From positions 1 to 64,000 of IMG/VR virus record IMGVR_UViG_3300032331_002067: a stretch of 64,000 nucleotides of DNA; one strand, given 5' to 3'. The position numbers and the translations under genes were made by a program. Position 1 is the first letter of the stretch. Each line of letters begins with the position of its first letter. This stretch comes from a virus. This document shows positions 21,625-31,714 of this stretch, one piece after another. Below the pieces are notes generated by a model. The model worked only from the letters and a program-made list of their open reading frames with translations. It was not told where the DNA came from and searched no databases.

Positions 21625-21785
21625 TGAGAAAAGAGCAAAGCACTCTTATCCACTTCCATATCATTACTCGTGGTTTATCAAACTATGAGACACCATGTGG
21701 TAAAACTGGTGGTGATTACTATGTAACTCAAAATAAAAAAGAAGTAACCTGTAAATCTTGTAAGGAATACAATGAAAAGAAATGA
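21624..21785 (+). CDS. Small Zn-binding protein (53 aa, not in ORF track)
   Basis: TAATG coupling; H..CG...VTCKSC. Confidence 0.45.
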   Translation: MRKEQSTLIHFHIITRGLSNYETPCGKTGGDYYVTQNKKEVTCKSCKEYNEKK

Positions 21786-22071
21786 AAAAGAAGAAACAAA
21801 GCGTGACGGAGCTAGACCAGTTAAAAACTCTGGTCGTGGATTCCGGAAGGGAGATGCCACGATGAATGAATTCGTAGTAGATTATAAACACAACGGCAAG
21901 ACATTCACCCTCACAAGGGATGGATGGATCAAATTAAGAAAAGATGCTTGGAAATCAACATATAAGCACCCATGTCTCTCTGTTGTTCTCGGTGAGGATT
22001 CTGATGTCAAAGTCGCTATCATTGAGTGGCATGTCTTTAAAGAATTGATTCAAGATAGTAACTATGAATGA
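21772..22071 (+). CDS. Holliday junction resolvase-like PD-(D/E)xK nuclease
   Basis: E...NSGRG..KGD......D.K motif. Confidence 0.7.
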   Translation: MKRNEKEETKRDGARPVKNSGRGFRKGDATMNEFVVDYKHNGKTFTLTRDGWIKLRKDAWKSTYKHPCLSVVLGEDSDVKVAIIEWHVFKELIQDSNYE

Positions 22072-22236
22072 CGAAAGAAAAAGATTAGTTCAGAATTATG
22101 GACCAGAGATTGTCATTGAGTGTTGCCGTGAGTGGAAAACACACTGGGGCAATGGGTCGTGGGGAAAATGTGGCATCTGCAGAGATGTTCCACGATTAGT
22201 TAAAGGAAAAACATGGGATGAATAGGAGAATAAAAA

Positions 22237-22551
22237 ATGGCTGACATCATAGTAGACCCGGATTGGCTCGCTGAGCAGATGGGTGATAAAGGAAAAGAAT
22301 TTATTGAATGTATGAGGATTGTTCAAGACATTATTGATAATCCTCAGAATTATGTAGGAATGCAAGCTATTAAGTATTTGAATGTACTTTCTGGCTATAG
22401 AACAATGATGATTGTAAAATCACAAGCATTCAAGAGAAGATCTAGTATTATGTCCGAGCAAGACAAGTTTGTTAATGATATCTGGAAAACAATGTACGAA
22501 GCGTTATTAGAAAATATCAATGCGTTAAAGATTGCTGCAAAAGGAGCATAA
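22237..22551 (+). CDS. Hypothetical protein
   Basis: SD aggag; operon context. Confidence 0.6.
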   Translation: MADIIVDPDWLAEQMGDKGKEFIECMRIVQDIIDNPQNYVGMQAIKYLNVLSGYRTMMIVKSQAFKRRSSIMSEQDKFVNDIWKTMYEALLENINALKIAAKGA

Positions 22552-23301
22552 ATGTTAAAAGCACTACAACAACTGAAGACACCAAAGGAACCGATTAATA
22601 AGGAGGACTTGGTTGAGAAGCTTCTTAATGATGCTATTGATGACCATCTTGCTCTAAGGAATAAGCCGGAATTTAAGAAGGTCGGTGGTTTTCACCCAAG
22701 TTATACAAACCAATGTGCTAGATACTGGCATTACCTATTTGAGGGTCAAGAAGTCACACCTTCTTTTAGATCACAGACTTATCGTATCTTTGATAATGGT
22801 CATGCTGTCCATGAGCGTCTGTATAGCTACCTTCGTGAGATGGGTATTCTTGTTGCCGAGGAAATCCCAGTAACTCATACAGACCCTCCTATTGAGGGAA
22901 CAGCTGATGGAATCATCGACTGGTACGGTCATAAACTGATTGAATTGAAGTCAATTAGTGCTGAAGGATTCCAGTATCGCCAGTTTCATAACAAGCCAAA
23001 AGATGATCATTATCGTCAGGCTCAGATTTATATGAGGTGCTTGGACTTACCAAGTGGTTATGTTATCTATGAAAATAAGAATAATCAGGAGATATTACCC
23101 ATCTTTATAGAGCGTGACGATGTTTTTATTGATAAACTGTTTACTAAGTATAATAAAATTTATACTAACTTCCTTGAGGGGGAGCTACCCAAGCAACCGT
23201 ATAAGAGGTCATCAGCGAAATGCGCTCAGTGTGACCTTGCTGCCATGTGTTGGGGTGAAGGAGAATTTAGCAAGACTACTGAGGTTGAAGAGCCTTTCTA
23301 G
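22552..23301 (+). CDS. Cas4-like/RecB-family exonuclease
   Basis: HPS...C.R, G...HE, G.ADG, ELKS, Q.Q.Y, C..C.....C Fe-S ligands. Confidence 0.85.
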   Translation: MLKALQQLKTPKEPINKEDLVEKLLNDAIDDHLALRNKPEFKKVGGFHPSYTNQCARYWHYLFEGQEVTPSFRSQTYRIFDNGHAVHERLYSYLREMGILVAEEIPVTHTDPPIEGTADGIIDWYGHKLIELKSISAEGFQYRQFHNKPKDDHYRQAQIYMRCLDLPSGYVIYENKNNQEILPIFIERDDVFIDKLFTKYNKIYTNFLEGELPKQPYKRSSAKCAQCDLAAMCWGEGEFSKTTEVEEPF

Positions 23302-23321
23302 GGTATTGCTATGAAAAAAAG

Positions 23322-23636
23322 ATGTTCAATGAAGAGAAAAGAGTTTGCTCAAACGGTGATTGCAAAAAACAATTCGTAGCTAAAGTTTATAACGCTACTT
23401 ATTGCAGTCCGGAGTGCAGAAAGATTATAACTAATAAAAAATTATTAGAATCTTATCACACTAAAAAAGCTAATAAACATAAGAAAAGAATCTGTAAAAC
23501 AAAAGACTGTACAACAATACTTTCTTCTTATAACAAAGAAGATATATGTGAAGCGTGTAAGGAAGAAAGATATGTCCAAAGATTAGTGTCGTGGGGTTGG
23601 GATGAAGAAAAGATTCGCAAGGATCAAAAACAATGA
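23322..23636 (+). CDS. Zn-finger protein
   Basis: C....C, YCSPEC, C....C, C..C. Confidence 0.55.
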   Translation: MFNEEKRVCSNGDCKKQFVAKVYNATYCSPECRKIITNKKLLESYHTKKANKHKKRICKTKDCTTILSSYNKEDICEACKEERYVQRLVSWGWDEEKIRKDQKQ

Positions 23637-24217
23637 GTCTCAACTATCTAAAGAAGGAAAAGGTCAATACCGTACTGGCGATTGACCCTGCTTCTCACTC
23701 ACTAGCTTGGTGCATTATGCAAAGAATTGACGGTGAGTTGATTATCGTCAAATCAGACAAACTTTCTTTTATGAAGAATTCTACGATTGAGGATAAGTTC
23801 AGTCAAATTAAATTCGGTATTACAAGTATCTGCGATATGTATAAGCCCGATGTCTGTGTTATTGAACAGTCCGTTTATATTCAGAACTTCCAGACCAGTC
23901 GTCTGCTTTCCTATATTATTGGGTTCACTTGGGGAATGGCATCCTTCACTTGTAAGAGAGTGATGGATGTTAGCCCTCTTGTTTGGAGAAGTGGTGTTGG
24001 ATATAAAAATTTAACAGGAAAAGATAAAGACGCTTTAAGCAAAAACGGACAGAAAAAGAATCTTGAACTGAAAAAGAAAGAGGAAAGAAAGCGTAGAGTC
24101 CGTGTTATAATTGAAGAATATTTCAACGCTGATGATTTGGATCTCGGTGACGATGACATAGTTGACGCTGTTGGAATAGCTATTTGGTATTGGAAAGTAG
24201 TTAACCCGGATGACTGA
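23633..24217 (+). CDS. ruvC: RuvC-like resolvase
   Basis: LAIDP, IEQ, DD..DA.GIA. Confidence 0.85.
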   Translation: MSLNYLKKEKVNTVLAIDPASHSLAWCIMQRIDGELIIVKSDKLSFMKNSTIEDKFSQIKFGITSICDMYKPDVCVIEQSVYIQNFQTSRLLSYIIGFTWGMASFTCKRVMDVSPLVWRSGVGYKNLTGKDKDALSKNGQKKNLELKKKEERKRRVRVIIEEYFNADDLDLGDDDIVDAVGIAIWYWKVVNPDD

Positions 24218-24503
24218 TGTTTATAAAGACAAGGCTTGGTTATACGAGCATTATGTCCAGAAACGAATGAACTTAACAGATATTTGTAAGGTATTAAAAC
24301 AATCTTACAATATTGAAGTAACACCGCAAGCAGTTTATAACTGGTGCAAAAAATATGACCTCCTCAGATTTAGAGGTAAAGGTCGCAATCTATCTTCAAC
24401 AACATTACGGAGACCCAAATCTCCTTTGCAAGAGCAAGTTGAGAAGAGAAGAAGAGAACAACAAAAAGCTAATAAGCTTAGAAAGAAAGGTATGGGGCGA
24501 TGA
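24210..24503 (+). CDS. HTH DNA-binding protein
   Basis: YKDKAWLYEHY...DI......VTPQAVYNW.KKY. Confidence 0.7.
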   Translation: MTDVYKDKAWLYEHYVQKRMNLTDICKVLKQSYNIEVTPQAVYNWCKKYDLLRFRGKGRNLSSTTLRRPKSPLQEQVEKRRREQQKANKLRKKGMGR

Positions 24504-25255
24504 AAAGAAGCGTCACTATTAAAGATATTGTCAATTTTGCTAGATTGGATATGATTTATAATCAAATTCGCATTATTGAAGCAAAACAGAACCAAGCACC
24601 ATCAAAGTGTCTAGGTTCAGGTAAGTGCTGCAAGATTGGTCTTGTCATTCCCATGTTTGAATGTGCGAACATCGCTTACAATCTCACTCAGCAATACTAT
24701 TTAACTCTTGAAGACAAGGGAGAGGCTGCTGCTAAAGCATGGATGGCTGATGTTGTTGAATCCCTCAAGGGAGCGATGTATGACGAAACATGGAAGTCCG
24801 GTGGAGAATCAGAAAGGCATTGTGCTTTTTACAAGGGTGGTTGCACAGTCTATGGTTTTAGACCATTCGTGTGTCGTTCTTTTGGAACAATCACTCCTGT
24901 TGATGATTTCTGTCCACGAGAAAGGAACGCCTATGGGAACATTGACTTCTATGCGGGTAAGCCTGTCCAGAAGATTGTTAAAGAGTTCCAAGACATCATT
25001 AGAGAATATGCATCAGATAAACATGAGAACTACGACATGACACTCTATATGCCTCTAGGTGTCCTTAGCTTCTTGCTTGAACCAGATGAACTTACTGAGC
25101 TTGCTAAAGTTACGGACCCAAGATTCTGGGTCGGAACATCTGGTTGGTATAACTATCGTGTTGAATTTACAAAACAACATGGGTATTCCGTTGAGGAATT
25201 GGAAGTTGCTGCTGCTGAAGGCGGTAAGTTGCTTGCGTTTGACCCTGAAGCTTAA
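24500..25255 (+). CDS. YkgJ/FliB-like Cys-cluster (Zn/Fe-chelating) protein
   Basis: C.G.GKCC, CAF...C.VY..RP..CR.F. Confidence 0.75.
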   Translation: MKRSVTIKDIVNFARLDMIYNQIRIIEAKQNQAPSKCLGSGKCCKIGLVIPMFECANIAYNLTQQYYLTLEDKGEAAAKAWMADVVESLKGAMYDETWKSGGESERHCAFYKGGCTVYGFRPFVCRSFGTITPVDDFCPRERNAYGNIDFYAGKPVQKIVKEFQDIIREYASDKHENYDMTLYMPLGVLSFLLEPDELTELAKVTDPRFWVGTSGWYNYRVEFTKQHGYSVEELEVAAAEGGKLLAFDPEA

Positions 25256-26329
25256 ATGACAATGGAACTCGTATGGAATGGAACGAGCATTGCTCAAGTT
25301 CGTAATGAGGGCTACAAGGTAGCAGAAGACGAAATCTACAACCGTTTGATCTTAATGGGTGTTGAGATAAATCGTGATTGCATTATGCCATCAGAATTAA
25401 AGTCCTTAGCGCAAGTTAACATCGGAATAGAATATCAATCAGAGTGTTATGACGATGTGGGGTGTGATGTATTAATCAACAATCGTCTTCCTATTGATTA
25501 CACAATGTGTAGTGAATACAATATTGGCTTTTCATATTGGGAAACAACACGCTTGCCTGAAGATTGGGTAAGGCGTATGAACATGATGGATGAAATATGG
25601 ACAACATCATCGTGGGCAAAGCATGTATTTGTAAGTTCCGGAGTTAAAGTCCCCACTTATAATTTTGATCTCGGAGTGGATTCAAGATACTTCGCCCCTA
25701 GCCGGAGAACTCTGAAATCTCAACCTTTTACCTTTCTCAGTATCGGTTCTCCTTCTACCAGAAAGAATAGTCAGCTCGCTGTTGATGCGTTTGTAAAGCT
25801 GTTTGGGAATGATGATAGGTATAAGCTTATTTATAAAAGCGTTGACTCCCCTGATGCCCGATTGTGGAATGACAGGGGGGGACCATCTTCCATCTACAAT
25901 CATCCAAATATTGAGGTGATTGAGGCTGATGTTTCTATTGAGGAATTAGCCCGTATTTATGATCGTGCGGATTGTGTCCTTTACCCAACAAGCGGTGAGG
26001 GTTGGGGGATGCTTCCTTTCCAGTCTATTGCAAAAGGTATTCCAACCATCTGCACCAACGCAACAGCGTGTACAGAATACGCTCATCTCTCTGTTCCTCT
26101 TGATTTCAAATGGGGAACAAACAAGATGTCCGGTATCTACGGTGACTGTGGTGAATGGGCAGAGCCAAATTTCGATGATTTATGTGATAAAATGTTATAT
26201 GTAATTTATAATTATGATGATGTTTCTAACTTCACATATAACAACGCAGTTATCAATCAAGATAGATGGTCTTGGGATACTGTTGCGAAAGGCTATTACG
26301 ACAGATTATGTCAGATATTGAACCAGTAA
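25256..26329 (+). CDS. Glycosyltransferase, GT4 family
   Basis: WET, RKN, P..GEGWG....QSIAKGIP.I.T. Confidence 0.85.
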   Translation: MTMELVWNGTSIAQVRNEGYKVAEDEIYNRLILMGVEINRDCIMPSELKSLAQVNIGIEYQSECYDDVGCDVLINNRLPIDYTMCSEYNIGFSYWETTRLPEDWVRRMNMMDEIWTTSSWAKHVFVSSGVKVPTYNFDLGVDSRYFAPSRRTLKSQPFTFLSIGSPSTRKNSQLAVDAFVKLFGNDDRYKLIYKSVDSPDARLWNDRGGPSSIYNHPNIEVIEADVSIEELARIYDRADCVLYPTSGEGWGMLPFQSIAKGIPTICTNATACTEYAHLSVPLDFKWGTNKMSGIYGDCGEWAEPNFDDLCDKMLYVIYNYDDVSNFTYNNAVINQDRWSWDTVAKGYYDRLCQILNQ

Positions 26330-26892
26330 AAGAAAAGACTTTATTCGATAAGATTAAGGATGTTGAAGACGCAGGGTTAATGCATGTTAAGGGCTACTCA
26401 AACCACGAGATAGCTTCATTGATGTCAATTAAGCCAGCTGAAGTTAAGACTTATATTGAAGAATATAAGAAGATTCTTAACAGAAAAGCAGATGATGACC
26501 CCTATTTTCTAGAGCGTGTCCAATTCAATACAATTAAAGCTCTTAAAGAGTTTGATGAGCTAAGCAAAGAGGCTTGGGAGACAATCAATATTGCGACAGA
26601 TCATGGGATGGTCGCAGCAAGAATTCAAGCCATTAAGCTTGCCGGAGAGCTTGCTACAAAGAAGGCTCAGCTTCATAAGCTCATGGGTGGTAATAACTCT
26701 GACGCTGAGTACATCGGTAGAATGCAAAAAGCTGAGAATGTTAACCAGATTCTTTCCAGAGTCCTCCGGGATGTTATCGCAAAGTTTCCTGAAGTTGCTG
26801 AGGAAGTCCGTAAAGAGCTTGCTATCGCATTTGAAATAATGGATGAACCAAAAGAAGAGGAAGTAATTGATGTTGAGTCACACGAACAGTAA
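26308..26892 (+). CDS. Putative terminase small subunit (HTH plus helical domain)
   Basis: GYS..EIA..M.I....V HTH; immediately upstream of terL; start at ATG 26308. Confidence 0.6.
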   Translation: MSDIEPVKEKTLFDKIKDVEDAGLMHVKGYSNHEIASLMSIKPAEVKTYIEEYKKILNRKADDDPYFLERVQFNTIKALKEFDELSKEAWETINIATDHGMVAARIQAIKLAGELATKKAQLHKLMGGNNSDAEYIGRMQKAENVNQILSRVLRDVIAKFPEVAEEVRKELAIAFEIMDEPKEEEVIDVESHEQ

Positions 26893-26897
26893 AAAGG

Positions 26898-27008
26898 GTC
26901 AGATAAAGAGACCTTTTTTTGACCCATTACGGCTCATAATTAGAGACCTTTTTTTGGGGCTTTACCAATATCGTCATAATTTGAGAATGGCTTTTTTGCC
27001 CTTACGGG
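26898..27008 (+). repeat. Three tandem degenerate copies of CATAATTTGA-N14/15-CCTTAC between terS and terL
   Basis: cagataaagagacc..ccattac; cataattagagacc..ctttac; cataatttgagaatgg..ccttac. Confidence 0.7.
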
Positions 27009-27017
27009 GGTTTTTTT

Positions 27018-28757
27018 ATGTCTGATTATCTCGGCATCAACTTAAATTATGATGATTTTGATAAGTTACTTAAACAAGATGAGCTTGTTGAAGTCCCTGT
27101 TTCAATTGAAACTTTTGTAACAGATAAGAAATATCTTGGACTACCTAGCCTATCACCTATTCAACTAGAAATCGTGCGCCATTCCACACAAATTTTAAAA
27201 CTTCCAACACTGATAAAAATGTACGGTGAAGAAGCCGGTACGAAATGGTATACCGATTATACAGATAACGAAGTCATTTGCATGTTAGGTAAAGGATCCG
27301 GAAAGGATCACTGTGCCAGAATATCAATGGCTTACACTGTTTATCTCTTACATTGTCTTAGAGACCCACTGAACTATTATGGTAAAGCTAGAGGTGTCTA
27401 TATTGACTTGTTAAACCTTGCTGTAAACGCTCAGCAAGCTCAGAGAGTGTTCTTTGAACCATTAAAGAACTTATTACTAGGTTCACCTTATTTTAACTCT
27501 GTGGGCTTTGAGCCAAGAGTATCTGAAATCTTTTTCTTTAGTAGACCAGTAAGGTGTTTCTCTGGTCACTCTGAAAGTGAAGGTTGGGAAGGTTATGAAG
27601 TAATGTCAATTATTTTGGATGAAATTTCAGCTTTCAAAACTGATGCTGAAACTAAAGGTGATCATAGATCGAAAGGCTCAGCTTCAGCTATTTATAACAT
27701 GAGTAAATTATCTGTTATGTCTCGTTTCCCAGAAGTAGGTAAAGTTATTCTTTTATCATTCCCCCGGTATAAAGGAGACTTTATTCAGCAGCGATTCTTT
27801 AACTCTAGAGAAAAGAATGAACCTAAAACTTGGTCAATCAAAGCTGCAACTTGGGAAGTAAACCCAACTATCTTTAGAGAACAACTAGAATCTGAGTATA
27901 TTAGAAATCCAATTGAAGCCAGAGCTAGATTTGAATGTGAACCACCAACAATGGAAGATGCATACTTTAGAGATGCGGATTTGGTTAGAAAAGCTTTTAT
28001 GTATAGCGAAGATCCTATTAATGAAGAGGGTGAGTTTAAAGACTGGTTTAATAATAAAGATGGTCATACACGATTCATTCATATTGACCTTGGACTTAAA
28101 CGAGATAGGTCAGCTTTATCTATGGTTCATTGTGCCGGATTTAAAGAAGTTAAAACATCTATGGGTATTGAAACGCTTCCTGTTGTAAATGTTGACTTAG
28201 TACATTCATGGGAAGCTAAACCCGGAGAAGAAATTAACTTCTCATCGGTAAGACAGATGATTGTTGATCTATGTAGAAAGTATGATGTTGGATTAGTCAC
28301 ATTTGACCGTTGGCAATCTGTTGAAATGATTCAGAGCTTAAAAGCTCAAGGAATTAATGCAAACTTTCATAGCGTTAAGAAAACAGATTATGACACTCTT
28401 ATGACAACTATTTACGATACAAGATTAAGAGGTTATTGGAACGAGTTACTTGTTGAAGAAGAACTTCTTAAGTTGAGACTATTTAATAACAATAAGATTG
28501 ACCACCCGAACTCCGGGTCTAAAGATTTAGCTGACGCTCTTGCCGGTTCAGTTTTTAACTGTATTCAGAACATGGTTATGAACACAGAAGTTGACATTGA
28601 AATCATCGGTACAGATAGAGAATATGAATACGATGATGATATGCCTGAATTTGGCACAACTCATCTGTATAATGGTTCTACAAAAGAACTGTCATTAATG
28701 GATCAAAAGAAGTCCATTGGTGCAGACGATATAGAAGGATGGTTAGAAACCCTATGA
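27018..28757 (+). CDS. terL: Terminase large subunit
   Basis: Walker A GKGSGKD, Walker B IILDE, nuclease HIDL..D, FD.WQS, DH..SKD.ADA. Confidence 0.92.
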   Translation: MSDYLGINLNYDDFDKLLKQDELVEVPVSIETFVTDKKYLGLPSLSPIQLEIVRHSTQILKLPTLIKMYGEEAGTKWYTDYTDNEVICMLGKGSGKDHCARISMAYTVYLLHCLRDPLNYYGKARGVYIDLLNLAVNAQQAQRVFFEPLKNLLLGSPYFNSVGFEPRVSEIFFFSRPVRCFSGHSESEGWEGYEVMSIILDEISAFKTDAETKGDHRSKGSASAIYNMSKLSVMSRFPEVGKVILLSFPRYKGDFIQQRFFNSREKNEPKTWSIKAATWEVNPTIFREQLESEYIRNPIEARARFECEPPTMEDAYFRDADLVRKAFMYSEDPINEEGEFKDWFNNKDGHTRFIHIDLGLKRDRSALSMVHCAGFKEVKTSMGIETLPVVNVDLVHSWEAKPGEEINFSSVRQMIVDLCRKYDVGLVTFDRWQSVEMIQSLKAQGINANFHSVKKTDYDTLMTTIYDTRLRGYWNELLVEEELLKLRLFNNNKIDHPNSGSKDLADALAGSVFNCIQNMVMNTEVDIEIIGTDREYEYDDDMPEFGTTHLYNGSTKELSLMDQKKSIGADDIEGWLETL

Positions 28758-28927
28758 CAAATGAAGAAACACCGAACTTTTCTCCAAGCTATGAAGAATT
28801 GTTAAATGAATTGACTGCTATTAATTCAAGGTTGACCCTTGAGAATATTGCTCTTAAGATTACGGTTGAAAAGATGCGTAGCTTTCAAGAATTTCAAGAA
28901 GCTACTGTAACACCTCAGAAGAAGTAA
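28754..28927 (+). CDS. Small coiled-coil hypothetical protein
   Basis: ATGA overlap with terL. Confidence 0.5.
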   Translation: MTNEETPNFSPSYEELLNELTAINSRLTLENIALKITVEKMRSFQEFQEATVTPQKK

Positions 28928-29004
28928 CTTAGACAAGTCCCTTACCCATATTTCTTGGCTTTTAATTATCTAATAAATAAATTTGAAAAAAACTTGGTTC
29001 CGAG

Positions 29005-29033
29005 TTGCAAGAGTGAGTTGGGGCAGATACTAT
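29005..29033 (+). promoter_or_regulatory. Sigma70-type promoter
   Basis: TTGCAA-17-TACTAT upstream of 29098. Confidence 0.6.
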
Positions 29034-29097
29034 TTCTATTCCAAGGGCGCAAGCCATTTAATCAGAACAAACCAAATCAACCTAATAGGAGATTAAA

Positions 29098-29454
29098 ATG
29101 TCAACATTCAACATCAAAAAAGTAGATACCTTTCCAGAAATTACTCGTACAGGAAGAACATCTGCTGAACTTCAAATGATTATCGAAGCTCTTCACTCTT
29201 CAAATAAGAACGGTGAAAACTTCTCTATTCTTAATATTGAAGAAGGAAAGAAGTTTAACACAATGCAACAGCGTATTCGTGCTCAAGCAAAAAAGCTTGA
29301 TTACAAGGTAATGATTCACTTTAGCCGTACAGAGTCTGCTCTTTACTTTAAAGTTATTCCTGCCGGTACAAAGAAGTCAGAGACTTCTGTTGCAGCTAAA
29401 GATGTAAAGTCTGTTAAGACCAATGCAAAGACCACTGTAAAGTCAAACGCATAA
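29098..29454 (+). CDS. Small basic putative DNA-binding protein, distant member of the 54-56 kb paralogue family
   Basis: SD aggag; own promoter and terminator; RTGR...GENF...RIRAQAKKL pattern; Lys-rich tail. Confidence 0.6.
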   Translation: MSTFNIKKVDTFPEITRTGRTSAELQMIIEALHSSNKNGENFSILNIEEGKKFNTMQQRIRAQAKKLDYKVMIHFSRTESALYFKVIPAGTKKSETSVAAKDVKSVKTNAKTTVKSNA

Positions 29455-29485
29455 TCAAAAACTAATAATAAAACAAATTGTTTTT

Positions 29486-29509
29486 CCGCCCTTCGGGGCG
29501 GTTTTTTTT
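29486..29509 (+). terminator. Intrinsic terminator
   Basis: ccgccc-ttcg-gggcgg-T8. Confidence 0.85.
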
Positions 29510-29525
29510 GTGTATAATTACATCT

Positions 29526-30365
29526 ATGACTACTTTTGAAGAACAAGAAATTGAAATTACCCATGAAATGATTGAATCATGGCATCCGCTAATCGCTATG
29601 CCTTGTTATGATCAAATGATTACTGAGCCAACATTTATGTCAATGATGAGAACAGCTATGATGTTTAAAGATATTGGTTTGAAATTCTCAATTGCAACAA
29701 TCTCAGACTCTCTTATTAACAGGGCAAGAAACAATATGGTAGCTAAATTTTTAGCTCATCCGGAGTTTACTCATCTTATGTTTATTGATGTTGATCTTGG
29801 ATTTCAACCAGAGGATATCCTAAAGCTTTTGTGGCATGATAAGGAAATAGTTACTGGCTCTTACCCCATCAAAGATATTCTGTGGGACAGGGTAGTTGAT
29901 AATGTAAATAAGGGAGTGCCATCAAATGAACTCCTTGGAAGAAGTTTAAGATTTGTTGTTAATGCCGTAAAGGATAAGGACAATACAAATGTTGCTGTTG
30001 ATAAAGGTGCAATTGAAATCTACGATGCCGGGACAGGGTTTATGTTAATTAAAAGGTCAGTATTTGAGAAGATGATTGATTCTTACCCTGAGCTTAGATA
30101 TAACGATGATACAGGTTCGTTAGATGATGAAGAAAAGAAATGGACTTATGCTTTCTTTAACTCATATGTAGATTCAGAGAAACAGAGATTCTTATCTGAA
30201 GACTATGGATTCTGTAGATACTGGCAAGAAATCGGTGGTAAAGTTTGGGCTGATCCTTCCTTTAAGTTAACGCACTTAGGTCGCTTAAAGTATGAGGGAA
30301 CGATGATTACATTCTTACAGGATAATATGGTTGACCCTACACCGGAATCTAATCCGGAAACCTGA
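29526..30365 (+). CDS. GT-A fold glycosyltransferase-like protein (leaderless)
   Basis: SLINRARN, HLMFIDVD (DxD), GTGFMLIKR, SEDYGFC; gtgtataat 7 nt before ATG. Confidence 0.75.
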   Translation: MTTFEEQEIEITHEMIESWHPLIAMPCYDQMITEPTFMSMMRTAMMFKDIGLKFSIATISDSLINRARNNMVAKFLAHPEFTHLMFIDVDLGFQPEDILKLLWHDKEIVTGSYPIKDILWDRVVDNVNKGVPSNELLGRSLRFVVNAVKDKDNTNVAVDKGAIEIYDAGTGFMLIKRSVFEKMIDSYPELRYNDDTGSLDDEEKKWTYAFFNSYVDSEKQRFLSEDYGFCRYWQEIGGKVWADPSFKLTHLGRLKYEGTMITFLQDNMVDPTPESNPET

Positions 30366-30593
30366 TTTATTTCAAAAGGCTTGAGCTGCCAAAAAATGTA
30401 TACTAAAATTTGCTGAAAAGTAAATCTAAACAGTGGGGCGTTCAAACTTTATTAAATGATTTAATATCAACCATTCCCGATCCTTGATCGCCGGCTTTAA
30501 TAAACTATTTACAAAGAGCTTAACTATCACGATCTTCTCGATTTATTTTCTGGCGCACAATAAAAGTTTTTTCTAACATTTTCTTGGTGCATG

Positions 30594-30622
30594 TTTGATT
30601 TCATTATTTTTGACGATACACT
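30594..30622 (+). promoter_or_regulatory. Probable early promoter
   Basis: TTGATT-16-TACACT before the early-gene block. Confidence 0.4.
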
Positions 30623-30719
30623 TTGTTCATGGTTTGCGAATACTTTGAATATGAAATTTTATTCATTTGTTTATTCGTAACTATAAGTAAAAATAAATCA
30701 TTTATTATGGGAGGACTTT

Positions 30720-31262
30720 ATGTCTAATCTAAATACAAATCCAGAGCATAATGTAAAGTCAAAGTATGACCTTATTGTTGACCAATTGATGGGCATAGAA
30801 ATATCAGATAATGATAATGATTATGGTTACATTTGTGAAATTGTTGCTGTTGTTACAAATAGCGAAACTTATTACAAATGTATTACTAATCTTGGTAAAA
30901 CATTCAATGCTAATGTTATTCTTCACGCTTTGCGTCAAGTTAGAATGAATCAGAATGTAATTGATAACGAGAACCGTGACGATAATGTTGAAGTTCTCCC
31001 TGTTGGTTATCCTGATGGTACAGCTTATTCTAATGCTGTATTTGGTCCAAAGCGTAAGCGTAATCCAACTCCAATTATGAGCCAAGCTATTAATAATAAT
31101 GCTAAGTTTGACAATGGTGAAGTTATTAGTATTACTTCACATACATCAACAGGTGATAGATTTCCTGAAGAATACCGTAATATTGATCAAATTCTTACCC
31201 CAGAACAAATTGTAAACCTAGAAGAAAAGATTGCTACAAGCAAGGAGAATTCAAATGTCTAA
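30720..31262 (+). CDS. Hypothetical protein
   Basis: SD ggagg. Confidence 0.6.
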   Translation: MSNLNTNPEHNVKSKYDLIVDQLMGIEISDNDNDYGYICEIVAVVTNSETYYKCITNLGKTFNANVILHALRQVRMNQNVIDNENRDDNVEVLPVGYPDGTAYSNAVFGPKRKRNPTPIMSQAINNNAKFDNGEVISITSHTSTGDRFPEEYRNIDQILTPEQIVNLEEKIATSKENSNV

Positions 31263-31617
31263 TGAAAAAGTAAACCTCAACTCAATTCAAAATAAAATTG
31301 TATCTCGTGGTCGAAATGGAGGAAAAAAGAAAACAAAATCTCTTTTTGATACTCCATTAGAAAACAGAACTTATTGGGGAAATGATGACGGTAGTAAACT
31401 TAAAGTTTCACTTGCTCGTAATGCTATTCGTAAAGATATGAAATTCGGAATTCTTTTTGATGTAGATTATGATGACCTTACTCGTGTTCTAAATAAAGAG
31501 TATAAACAAGAACTAATCAAATTTCAACTCGAATTGATGAAAGATTTAGTAATGGATCGTGAAATTATGATTGTAGAAATAGACAATCATAAATGGCAAA
31601 TACAATGGTTAATCTAA
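31255..31617 (+). CDS. Small basic protein sharing the KVNLNSI..K.V.RG N-terminal motif with the 54380/55034 proteins
   Basis: SD aaggag; KVNLNSIQNKIVSRGR vs KVNLNSIKANLVKRGK. Confidence 0.65.
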   Translation: MSNEKVNLNSIQNKIVSRGRNGGKKKTKSLFDTPLENRTYWGNDDGSKLKVSLARNAIRKDMKFGILFDVDYDDLTRVLNKEYKQELIKFQLELMKDLVMDREIMIVEIDNHKWQIQWLI

Positions 31618-31648
31618 ATTAACCAATAAACAAAAACTAAACATTAGC

Positions 31649-31678
31649 AAGGCAATAGGTATTCCTATTGCCTTTTTT
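31649..31678 (+). terminator. Intrinsic terminator
   Basis: aaggcaatagg-tatt-cctattgcctt-T run. Confidence 0.85.
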
Positions 31679-31714
31679 GTGTTTAAAAACAAATAGAAAG
31701 AATGGTGATAACCA

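Noticed and set aside
791-28188. Many short alternative-frame and antisense ORFs within core genes
   Set aside because: Fully nested in well-supported genes and lacking recognisable motifs.
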